DNA of 47,678 nucleotides from Catajapyx aquilonaris (taxonomy: Eukaryota). Within the stretch, counting starts at the first letter, position 1; each line of letters starts with the position of its first letter. Positions 37,599 to 47,678 of this stretch are shown here, one piece after another. The position numbers and the translations under genes are program-made. The notes beneath the pieces were generated by a model, which was not told where the DNA came from, ran no database searches, and was given only the letters and a program-made list of their open reading frames with translations. The DNA is taken from the NCBI GenBank assembly GCA_000934665.2, contig KZ538784.1, positions 1 through 47,678 on the forward strand, read 5' to 3'.

Positions 37599-39877
37599 AT
37601 TTGACCCACGTCCTTTCATTATGACAGTGTATAATGCAGAAACATTCCAAGTGGACATAATCCTATAAATACTCAATCCTCGCTTCAGCAAGGGATGAAT
37701 GGTTCGATTATTCTTTATCTTCAGATATTACGAAATGTGTAAGTTATTGCAGGTATTCACATACAGTCATATATGAGACTAATAATAAGAGTAAATTTTA
37801 AGGGCGCCAACAGTTGTTTCCGTGATATCCGTGCATTTGCACCTGGCAGTTAATCATTTTCAGCTAATTTGGAGCATTTCAGATATGACAGTAAGATTGC
37901 TGTCTTTGCGTGATATATCTCATTGCCGCTATTTATAAAGTCGAGGGCAGTGCTCCAGAAGGCATGGATACTAATGTATTTTCTTTCGTCATTCTCCAGA
38001 GATATAGCATTGCAGGCGAAGTGTAGAAATACTGGAAACACATCCCACACCCATAAACAACAGTGTGCTTATTGTCAAGGGGTGAACACATGCGAAGGAA
38101 AATTATGGGATATCATCACGCTCAAAGTGATGGAGCTACTCATATAAATGTAAATTAGGAGCACCTCTAAGACAAATAAAGTGTCAAAAGTATTCACCCA
38201 CCTTTGTTCTTCGATATTGGTTTTGGTATGTGTGTATACGTACCATGGAGTATGGAATATTTTTTAAGGAATGGAACTGATGGGCATATTTACATACATT
38301 TTACTTCCCATTAATTAATCAGGTACGATGAGTGTATTCATGAATTACATAATACACATAATTATAGGAAATGCCCGGTATCAGAACAGAGATACAGGAA
38401 TGACAAATTTCTTACTTGATCATTTTGAGTTAGACAGTGTCAATGGCCTGTGGTTCAATCACAAATGGGTCAACAGCACTCCGTGTCATAGAATAACTAA
38501 ACCTATATTTTTCGGGCGATCGAATACTTTTGTTTCATCGCGCGTGCTGAAGAATACTATAAAGACCTTCCACCTATTTGAGCCCGTAGATTTTGAGTTA
38601 CGTGTACAAACGGAGCCATATACCCAGCACGAGCGTACTCCATGATTTTCTATCATGAGTGAACATGTTACTAAACATGCTGTTGTACTATGTCGCTCAA
38701 AAAGATGAAGACAATTATGCATTGAAGCATATTGTCTGAATCTTTTTACATTTATAGTGCACGGGCTATAAATGTTCTGCACTTTCCAACTAATTTTATA
38801 TTTTAATAGCGGGCTAATACATCCAGGGTTTGCACGTATCATGCTGCGTAGGAAAGGCGGCGTGGTTGACGGGTTAGCGTCAACCGCTCCAGGCCTCTCA
38901 TCTCGGTGACGCGTGGGTTCATTGCTCCAATCGGTCATCCAGGTGAGACAGGATTAGGCCTATTTGCGCCGTTCTTTTTCCCAAAATATCTTCATGTGGG
39001 CGTTTTTCACCAACACACTCATAAGTTCCACTTTTTTGAGGATTCACGCAGAGAAGTGCGCAGTAATCGAAAATGATATATTAGTTATGCTACTTCATCT
39101 GACACAATTTGTGTTACTGCAAATCTGCCTAAATAAGCCTATTTGGTTTGCTCGGCAGAATATTTGCATGCTGTGTACCCACCGGTTAAATTGGCAAGTC
39201 ACTTTCCCAGCCGAGCCAGGGGTGTTTGCATAACTAAAAATCGTTGTCGTCAAGCGCTTGTTCGAGGAAAAAAAAAAGTGTCAAGCCTTTTTCCGGTGTA
39301 AAGCAATAGTGCTATAGAGAAGACGAAAATGTATAGAGAACAGGCGTTAATACTTTCTCACAAGCTCTCGCATTTATCTGCACGTCTCCTTGGAGATTAT
39401 CCAGGTCGCCGCCCAACTGTCACCACGCTAATATAAGCCTATTGCTGCTGGCTATAATGAGAACCAAACGTAGCCTCGGACTTTGCCACGGTGAAGGTTA
39501 AGCTGCAAAACAACTAGATAGTGCCTGGAAGGTTGTTAGATTAAGTTACACATATTTTAAGGTATCAAAATAACCTAGAGTTTAAACAGCGAGCAAATGA
39601 TATTTTATCCACTATTCAGTTTGCACACCTGGAATTTCCTGGTTATTAATATGTAGGGTTGCCTGTACAGTACACGGAGTACCGGAACTGGGTTCAGATT
39701 GACACACAATATCATTCTACTTGTAGAACAGTGTAACAGGTATTACTATAGTTGCGACCTTATAGTGCCGTAGCCAGTTGTGAATTCACTATCCCTGAAA
39801 CAAAAACTGCTGTGCACGGCATACCTATTGTAAAATTCTATAAATGAATGTTGTTCAAACTACTGTATTGTCACAAT

Positions 39878-39941
39878 AGTCACTAAGACAAGAAGGAAGT
39901 GGAAAACTGAAGTTTTCCACTTCCTTTTTGTCTTAGTGACT
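39878..39941. repeat. Near-perfect 31-bp hairpin
   Basis: AGTCACTAAGACAAGAAGGAAGTGGAAAACT-ga-AGTTTTCCACTTCCTTTTTGTCTTAGTGACT, with one G:T pair; extends imperfectly to TGTCA/TGACA (39869-39949). Confidence 0.9.
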
Positions 39942-42900
39942 TGTTGACAGAAATTGCATGACCTTTTATGGAATTCCATAAAAGGTCATGCAATTTCTGT
40001 ACATTATTACATGTGCAGCAGGACATACCAGTGTACGATACAGCTATCAATTCAAGTGTCATGGATTAACAATAGTGGTGCAAAGCTTGATGAAAATAGA
40101 AATCACAAGATGAACGCTTATAAAATTATCTCAGACGTTAGAGTTGTAATCGGTGTTTGGCCCTCTTTTGTTTACCTTACCGCAACACATAAGTACATGT
40201 CTGTATAACGAATGGATTGTCGCCACCTTTGAGTGGTGAAGTGAAGGTCTGACACTGTAATTGGGGAGCTAAGGGGAATCGAGCAGGGTCATCAGGTTGG
40301 TGAAATCAATGTGGAGAAGCCACGATTGTGCTGTGTGCACACGTTCCTGCTGATGATCAGGGACACTGTCAGGGACAATGCATATCCTAGATATTGGGAC
40401 AGAAAAAAAATATTAGGATTTTGAAATGGAATAAAGGCTACACATGGCTAAAAATGTACAGTTTATTGTACAAGGTGGGTCAGCTGGACAGTATCTTTTT
40501 CCTTTTTTTAAAAGTTTTGTTTTTTGAGACCCTCTCCCAACATACAAGAAGGCGGAACTGATGTGGGAGAAACAGCTGACTCCACACACTCACACATGCA
40601 CACTAAACTGAAAACATTTCTTTTTTGGTATAATAAAAAGATTTTCCTTTTGTGACAAGTTAGTTCTTGAATAGTACAAAAATAAAGAAGTAATAAAAAA
40701 GATGGCGGGGTTGGTAATATTATACACGGTCTACACAAAGGATCAGGAGGTGTCAGTTGAGAGTTGGCTTTTTTTTTTCTTTTTTACTGGTGTTGCCAAA
40801 CAAAGGATTGAGATTAGCACGAAATTCTTGCGATTAGAAAACAGGAGATAAAGAGGCGTCGGCGCCAAACACATTTTTCACCCTTTGCGTCATGTACGTT
40901 AACCTATAAAATCCAAACAGTGCGCAACATATTTTTTTAGCCATCTTATCAGAAAGTACATTTCCTGCACAAGACATGGGTGTTTTTGAGTTACAATTAC
41001 GCCTAATGCACTGATTTTTATATATTTTTTTGAAACAAAAAATGGCAACATGGCAAACCATGTTTTGGAGGCTTAGAATTGCATGAGAAAAAGGGTTAAA
41101 AAGGGGAAGGCTTGCGTGCTGATCGCCTTCTGATCACAAGGGGAAGAGAGAATATGTACAGGCTGGACGACTTTGAGTTCCCGCCGTAGCGATGAATACC
41201 CGCTTTTGTCGGTCATCAATATATAGCCAACGACCGATTCCATCGTTTTCAATTTGTTCCGGCTTTTAGGCAGTCTGATTGTTCCTCCTTTCGGACTCAT
41301 CAATGATGCAGTCTGAGAGATAACTTCAAAGGAGGTGGAGAGCATTTCTATAGGGCCTATACATGCTACTGTATAGGCTTCGGCCACTTCCAACATTTGA
41401 TAGCAGTGATCAAGAAAAGCGTGACAGCCTGCTCACCAAGGAGACGATTCACTTTTCCTGTAGAGATATGGACTGATTCACCTGCTGCTTTGAACCGGTT
41501 TCTTCTCCCGATAAAGCTGCAGACAACTGGATATATAATTCTTCCCAACTCTGCAGATAAAAATCGTGAGAGGTTCGTCACCCGCTATATAGTCATCCAG
41601 CCTACACTATTTCAAAATATATGCGCGTATACACCACATGACAGAGAGCCAAAATATTACTAACTTGCACAATTCTACGCACTCAAAATGGTTGATATCC
41701 AGATTATTTTTTGGAATGGCAAACCAAAGGGGGAAAAAGTGAAGGATTTTTTAAAAAACAAAAAAAGAATCGGAACAATGGACAGGTTAAATAGTATCAC
41801 TGTGAGCTGCTTCACGCACTCCTTATCACATAATATTATGTCAGCCATCTCGCATGTCCCTTTGTATAATATAATAAGTGGTTACACTGTATAATCTACA
41901 TCTATTTACAGGGGGATCAGCTTCAAGTGGCATCGGAGGAGTCGCTTTTAATACACGATAACGACTCTCTGTGTATTGTTACCCGCTATGATTCTCTTCA
42001 TATCGGTAAACCTGTTGTTGATTGTCAGGGAGTCCAAAAGCCGTCAATTAGTTGGTATTTAAATTGTTGTTTTTCCTTGCACGATTGATGGTGTGGTGTC
42101 GCTTCAATTTTTTACATTTCTGTCAGTAGGTTCACTATTTACTATGAAAATTGCCATTAGGCATCACTGGAGTATTGGTCCTGTAGCACATTGCAGATGA
42201 TAGAAATATTTTCATCTGAAATTTTGAACCAGCTGATAATTCTAATTCTGAAGTGACATCCCACAACAGCCTTTCCCAAATTACCAATATTAGACTCCTT
42301 AACAATCAACAACGGGGCTTACCAATATGGTGACAATTATGGCGGGTAACGCCTCTTGAATCCGAGACCCTGCCGAAGGAAAGGTTACAACTCCAAACTT
42401 TATACAGCATCACTGCCTTGAAAACTCAAAATCGTCTCTCTGCACATCTGACAATTCTCGAGTCATTATTCTCACATACAGATTTGTATAGAGGCTCCCT
42501 GGCGTCATATACCCGACCCTGTCCATCTATATCTACATCAAGGGTCGTTATTTTTATATGCTAAAACATTATTTTTTAATACATAACGCCATCTAGGAAT
42601 GCCAAGCCAACAAAAGTGGCAAAAATTCTCGAAACTTGCATTTTGTCAGATAGATGGTTTTGAGTTTACCCGGCAGACATTTTTTGTCCGGATTACGAAC
42701 CTTTAAATATTGACGGTATAGTTAAAACCCAGTCCCTATATAATTATGTATATAGAAGCAAATGAACACCGAGAAAGGACTTCTCTGGGCTAATTCCCCA
42801 GTATACACACGCTGATGTAAATGACAATGCACATATATCGACACACTCACACGCACACACACCTTGGTGGACAAGATCATAAGTGATTTTTCTGAATGTT

Positions 42901-44302
42901 CTCTTGATCCTCATGCTGTCTGTGCACTTTTTTTTTTTGGTGGTCATGTGCTACGAGAGCACTCACATATGGTATAGGAATAAAACAGTATACATTCTCT
43001 TCTATAAGGTGATGTATGTCAAGGGGGTGGGGGTGGGGGGTTGGGTGTCCAACATGTCTCTGTCATGTCTGTTTACAAAAAAAAAAGGACCAGATGGCCG
43101 CTCTTATTGGTATACATCCTATGCGCACTCAGGGTTCCGTATCACCAGCACACGCCCGGATATGGGTTCCTCCTCTTCCCGTATGCTATACATTGTTTTG
43201 GCCTTGACGTTGGCAGTGAAATTCACCCAAAATTTTTGTTACAGGTTGACAAAAAATATGGTCTCAAATTGTGGTGAAGACCACCCAGTACATGAAAGAA
43301 ACGTTAACCTCGCGACGGATGTTCCAGAAGGAATATTACGTACGCCGTCGGAGGTCATAAGCAGATTGTGCAAGTTGTCCGATAATAATTCTCACAGTGC
43401 ATTCTTGTCAACCTGTAACGTGATTATCGCTCTCGGGAATCTTGTACGGTTCGTTGTGAGTTTTTCCGAAAGTGAATTAATTTTAAGGCCTTTTTTTTGG
43501 ACGTGTCGTCCCAGAACTTTTCATCGCCTGTACACAACAACACAATGATCAATATTATGATCTGAGCTTCTGCAATTGGCATTCTTTGGTTGGTTCACTG
43601 GGTAACTGAAGATGCGCTAGGTACAGTTCGACATAATTCAACAGTTGATGAAAAATATAAACAATCACAGGGATATATAGTGGACATGGGAAATACGGGG
43701 CCGAATACGTCACAATTTCATACGCGTATGACTTCAATAGGACGTTGCGACACATTTAATGTGCTCTCAGCATAATGAGGGAAATGGGCTAGAATTAGGA
43801 AATACATTAGGCCCACATTGGGTGTTGAGTATAGATTAGGGTAGAGCTTACTGCGCATTTAGTGGTGTCACTGTCTCATGAATTTTTTGTAGAAGCTGAA
43901 CGTTGGTTTCCTAATGTAGCCCTTAATTAATTAATTACATACCAAATATTCCAGCCTTAATCTGACCTGTTAAATGTTGTAGTGACCAACTTCAATCATG
44001 ACCGTATCCGTATTGTTGTAAATGTAATATGTTGGCAATCGTGAAAGTTACTTATTAATTTATGAGTTATGTCACAGACGTTTTTCAGTGTTAAATCTTA
44101 AGCTGAAAATTGTGCCATCTCTATAATATTGTATAGTATTTGGCGAAAAAGGTATTAGTCAGTGTACCGGTATATAGCGCACTGCCGGGACCCTTGCCGT
44201 CAAATGACAATTTTCATACACATAAAGATTTACACGTCACTTACTCTCATTGCACATAGAACACTAGTGAGGTGTAATGTGTCGCTATTTAGGCCGCACA
44301 TT

Positions 44303-44430
44303 TTTATTACCTGACAATTAGCAAATAGGTGACACCTGATGATCGGTTCTTTTTAAGACTGGAATTCGGCAAAATAAAAAAGTAATTCTTTTTTAAATGC
44401 AACTTTTACTCAGCTGTCAATAAATTTATT
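44303..44430 (-). terminator. Candidate polyadenylation signals of fkh
   Basis: Minus-strand AATAAA (plus TTTATT) at 44425-44430 and 44303-44308, about 750-870 nt after the stop codon. Position only; no transcript evidence. Confidence 0.4.
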
Positions 44431-45173
44431 GCGACTCTTCATGCCGATTTTGGTTATTACACTTGTGATTAGAAATAATTACGCCGCTGTTACCCCTTCC
44501 AGGGACAATAAGTGATGTAAATAAAAATTACGGCTCCTACAGCCTTGCACACAACGTCCGTTTGATCCTCAAACTGATTGATTTAAAAAACTAAATCACA
44601 ATATTCCTGAATAAATTACAGCTGCAATCATGAAAATACGCCCGAGTAACACATTTGAAACTCCTAGCCTTTAATGTCACTGGGAACACGCAAAAAGTTG
44701 CAACTGCAAAATTCTGACACATCATGAGGCCGCTTTTGCGAAATAATTCATTTTGAACACGTACAGTCAAATAGATCAGCTAATGTCGCATTACAAGGCG
44801 CATCATAGGTTACCGGCACTTGAAATATATTGCTCTCTCAATATGTGCGTCATACTTGAAATGTTAGCATGCATAACCTATGTAATGGTGAAAATGACAC
44901 TTGCAGCCTATCCTGAAGCTCAGATCACAACAACATGATGCAATATGTGGCCAATAAACAAAATTGGGAAAACAAAAACTGCATTAAGAATGCATACAAC
45001 AGTGCATGAAGGTTGATAAATGCCTACCATGCAGCAGGCCCCCAAATCGCTGCGCAAGGCGGTGAAAAGTCCTTTTAACGGTGAGGAAGTCACCGCGGAA
45101 TGACCTCTTGATGTTGGTCCTGCGTGCGGCAGGTGGGCCTAAAAGAGCGGTAGATGGGGTCCTAGGGCAACTG

Positions 45174-46796
45174 TCATAAGGTGGTGGTGCTGGTAGCGTT
45201 GTGAATGGCGTGGTAAATGGGTGTCTGGTAGTAGTTGTCGCCCGGGGTCGCTGTCCCGTGAGTGGCCAAGGGGCTGAGAGGACCGTACAGGCCGCTGTAC
45301 TGGTTCATGTCGTACATCTTGATGTCCGCTTTGCTCTCGGTAGGTAGCAGGCGGTTGATGGAAAACGGATGACTGGCAGGGGCGTAGGGTGATGACTCGG
45401 CTTTCAGCTGACTGGGGGTCAGCATGGTGGTTAGCTGACCCGAGTCTCCCAGGGGACAGCGAGCGGTCATCCCAAAGACTTGGTGGTGATGGTGATGGTG
45501 CTGATGGTGATGGTGGTGGTCGCCCGGGTGCTGGGCTTGGCTCATGTGGGTCGTGTGCTGTTGGGGCTGGTGCTGTTGCAAGTGACTCACCAGGGGGTCC
45601 ACGCCATCGACCTTGTGGTGCAGGTCCGAGTCCTCTACTTTAGGAGGATGCAGGGAGGTCATAAGGGAGGAAATGTCAGAAGGAGGGGTGCTGGTCACAG
45701 GGTGGTGGGGGTTGGTGTTATCTGCGGGGCTGGAACCTCCACTGGTTTTGTCCGCGGCGGCCACGGCTGCTGCTACCACATCCGCGGCTTGGGTGGTGGT
45801 TCCGCTGGTGCTGTTAGCACTACTGTTTCCGACCACGCTGGTCGGCCCGGCTGCACCTCCGGGTCCTCCTCCGCCGCTGGAGCTGTGAGAGGACCCCGCC
45901 GACGATCCGCAACTGCCACCTTTGCCAGGTTTCACCTCTTGGCTACCCTGGGACGCCTTCTGAGCCTGTCGCATAGCTTCCTTCTTCTCATCCTTGAATC
46001 GCTTCTGTCTCCGAAGGTAACATCCGTTCTCGAACATGTTCCCGGAGTCCGGATGCAGAGTCCAAAATGAACCTTTCCCTGGTTTGTCCGGGGTCCGTGG
46101 CACCTTGACGAAGCAGTCGTTGAAGCTAAGCGAATGTCGGATGGAGTTTTGCCAACGCTGCTGGTTTTGTCGGTAGAACGGGAACAGGTCCATGATGAAC
46201 TGGTAAATCTCGCTGAGGGTTAGCATTTTGGTAGGCGAGTTTTGGATGGCCATAGTAATGAGGGAGATGTAGGAGTAAGGTGGTTTGGCATGGGTGTAGC
46301 TCCTCCGGTAGGTCTTGTCGGCCCGGGCCCTCTGGAGCGCAGCGGCGGAGGTGGCCGCGGCCGCAGCCGCCGCCGCGGCAGCCGCTGCCCCGTCGTCACG
46401 GTTGAGGCCCACCGAGGTCAGCGCTCCGTTGTATGCGTTGTTGATGGAGGTCATGGAGTTCATGGAGTTCATGGCAGAACCCATAGCCGAGCCCATGCCG
46501 CCCATGCAGGAGCCCACCCCGTTCATGTTGTTGTTCATGCCGTAGGCTGCCGCCGCCGCCGCCGCGGTGCTTGCCGACATGCAGCTGTTGCCCATAGAAC
46601 CGATACCGGCCATGGCCCCCGGACTCAGCATGTTAGAGCCGAAGCCCGCCGCGGTTTGATGCGGCGAGCAAGAGTTCATACCAGCGCCCATGGCCACACA
46701 GTTGTTCATGGAATAGGACGAGGTCATGGAGGTCATGGAGTTACCCGTCGTCATGGCGGAGCACGACGGGTCCGAATACAGCTTATTGGGCAACAT
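45174..46796 (-). CDS. fkh: Fork head / FoxA (HNF3-class) winged-helix transcription factor, single-exon CDS, 540 aa
   Basis: The ORF contains the FoxA forkhead domain ([23 protein letters not shown]...[18 protein letters not shown]...[27 protein letters not shown], about 46310-45993). It has a Met/Ser-rich N-terminus ([10 protein letters not shown]), an eh1 motif HPFSINRLL (about 45371-45345) and the insect Fkh-type tail [13 protein letters not shown]...YYQ...TTL. The track start at 46820 is a GTG; the first in-frame ATG is at 46796. Confidence 0.97.
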   Translation of the reverse strand: MLPNKLYSDPSCSAMTTGNSMTSMTSSYSMNNCVAMGAGMNSCSPHQTAAGFGSNMLSPGAMAGIGSMGNSCMSASTAAAAAAAYGMNNNMNGVGSCMGGMGSAMGSAMNSMNSMTSINNAYNGALTSVGLNRDDGAAAAAAAAAAAATSAAALQRARADKTYRRSYTHAKPPYSYISLITMAIQNSPTKMLTLSEIYQFIMDLFPFYRQNQQRWQNSIRHSLSFNDCFVKVPRTPDKPGKGSFWTLHPDSGNMFENGCYLRRQKRFKDEKKEAMRQAQKASQGSQEVKPGKGGSCGSSAGSSHSSSGGGGPGGAAGPTSVVGNSSANSTSGTTTQAADVVAAAVAAADKTSGGSSPADNTNPHHPVTSTPPSDISSLMTSLHPPKVEDSDLHHKVDGVDPLVSHLQQHQPQQHTTHMSQAQHPGDHHHHHQHHHHHHQVFGMTARCPLGDSGQLTTMLTPSQLKAESSPYAPASHPFSINRLLPTESKADIKMYDMNQYSGLYGPLSPLATHGTATPGDNYYQTPIYHAIHNATSTTTL

Positions 46797-47019
46797 TTCC
46801 AAAATGTTCCAAATGGTCACTCACTCTTTCTGCACTCACTTCACTCACCAGGCATACATCACTTTGGGATGTACGACCTGGGTGCGTGTTGATATTGTGT
46901 ACAGGTGCGTGTATGTGTCTTTGTAGAGGATGCGGGTGGGAGGGGGTAGGTAGGGGGAGGGGGTCTTGAGTGGGTGGCGGGTGTGGAGGATGGGGGCGAC
47001 TCGGTCCTCCAGGAACACT

Positions 47020-47620
47020 TTTGACGTCACTGGAAAGCTGTCGGTGACACTAGGCGGTTTTGGCCGTCGACAATCAGCAATACAGGCACAATCCGAACTC
47101 CTTCATGCTGATCCCTGCCCGTGCCCCCCAATCAGCGGAGAGAAAATAAACAAGCAGCAGCAACAGGTCCCGGCGGCAGGAGGGCCAACACCTTCCCCAC
47201 CACCACCACCACCACGTCGTCGTCGTCGTCGTCCTGGTCCTCCTCCACAACCACCACCACCGTCTTCTCTTCCACCTCCACTTCCTCCTTCACTTCCGCT
47301 TCTTCGTCCACCACCACCACCTCCTGTTTGCTCCAAAACACACACGCTTGCTCCTCCTGGATGCTGCAGCCTAGGCCCCCATCCTCACACATGCTCTTCC
47401 TTCTCTCTCTTCTTCACCCTCCCTCCCTCTTTCTCCCTCTCACTCTCTCCCTCTCTCCCTCTCTCTCTTCACTTCTTGCTTACACGGGGCCCTCGTAATG
47501 GAAACGACAAACACTAGGTCCCCGGCCAAATAACTGCAAGAGGAGGGGGGATCACGTGCTCCGCCCTTGTTTGGTCTGTCCACACTCCCCCACTATTAGG
47601 CTTGCAATGAACAAACTGAA
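47020..47620 (-). promoter_or_regulatory. Putative fkh promoter / 5' leader
   Basis: CRE palindrome TGACGTCA at 47022-47029; CCAATCAG at 47128-47135 next to forkhead site AAATAAACA at 47144-47152; CT/GAGA-rich tract about 47395-47470; E-box CACGTG and GC box near 47553-47566; Inr-like TCAGTT on the minus strand at 47619-47614. Confidence 0.5.
47195..47470. repeat. Low-complexity CCA/CGT/CCT/CT tracts upstream of fkh
   Basis: (CCA)n, (CGT)n, (CCT/CTT)n and (CT)n runs; these account for the spurious Pro-, Thr- and Glu-rich ORFs here. Confidence 0.9.
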
Positions 47621-47678
47621 GAGAGGCTCAAAAGTTGGAGCCATGAAATAGGAAATGGAGGGGGCGGTTGTCATGGGG

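Noticed and set aside
42883..43548. 221-aa plus-strand ORF
   Set aside because: GTG start, crosses homopolymer runs, no recognisable domain; at best antisense to a decayed sequence.
44595..44929. Two K-box-like TGTGAT hexamers in the presumed fkh 3' UTR
   Set aside because: 6-mer matches only, within chance expectation without conservation data.
46797..46820. 548-aa start given by the ORF track
   Set aside because: It is a GTG; the ATG at 46796 gives an N-terminus typical of insect Fkh.
45389..46926. Plus-strand ORFs of 66-216 aa overlapping fkh
   Set aside because: Antisense shadows of a GC-rich, repetitive CDS.
46966..47517. Pro-, Thr- and Glu-rich ORFs upstream of fkh
   Set aside because: Products of low-complexity triplet tracts.

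Overview
Eukaryotic, most likely insect/hexapod, genomic DNA. One protein-coding gene is convincing: an intronless fork head/FoxA CDS on the minus strand near the right end (ATG 46796 to stop 45174, 540 aa). Its C-terminus closely resembles, from memory, Drosophila Fkh. The ~44 kb downstream of it has no recognisable intact coding exon. That region holds GC-rich islands with clustered homeodomain/Fox/TCF-type motifs (candidate enhancers) and many short non-autonomous mobile elements. These are foldback MITEs with mariner-, MULE-, piggyBac-, hAT-, Harbinger- and CACTA-like ends, several tRNA-derived SINEs (one with a V-SINE-like domain), and a probable 3' fragment of a (TAA)n-targeting retroelement. 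Also present are nested insertions, near-perfect hairpins, microsatellites and putative excision footprints. I found no clear new multi-gene system; the best leads concern the mobile elements and fkh regulation. All counts are by eye and no database search was run.
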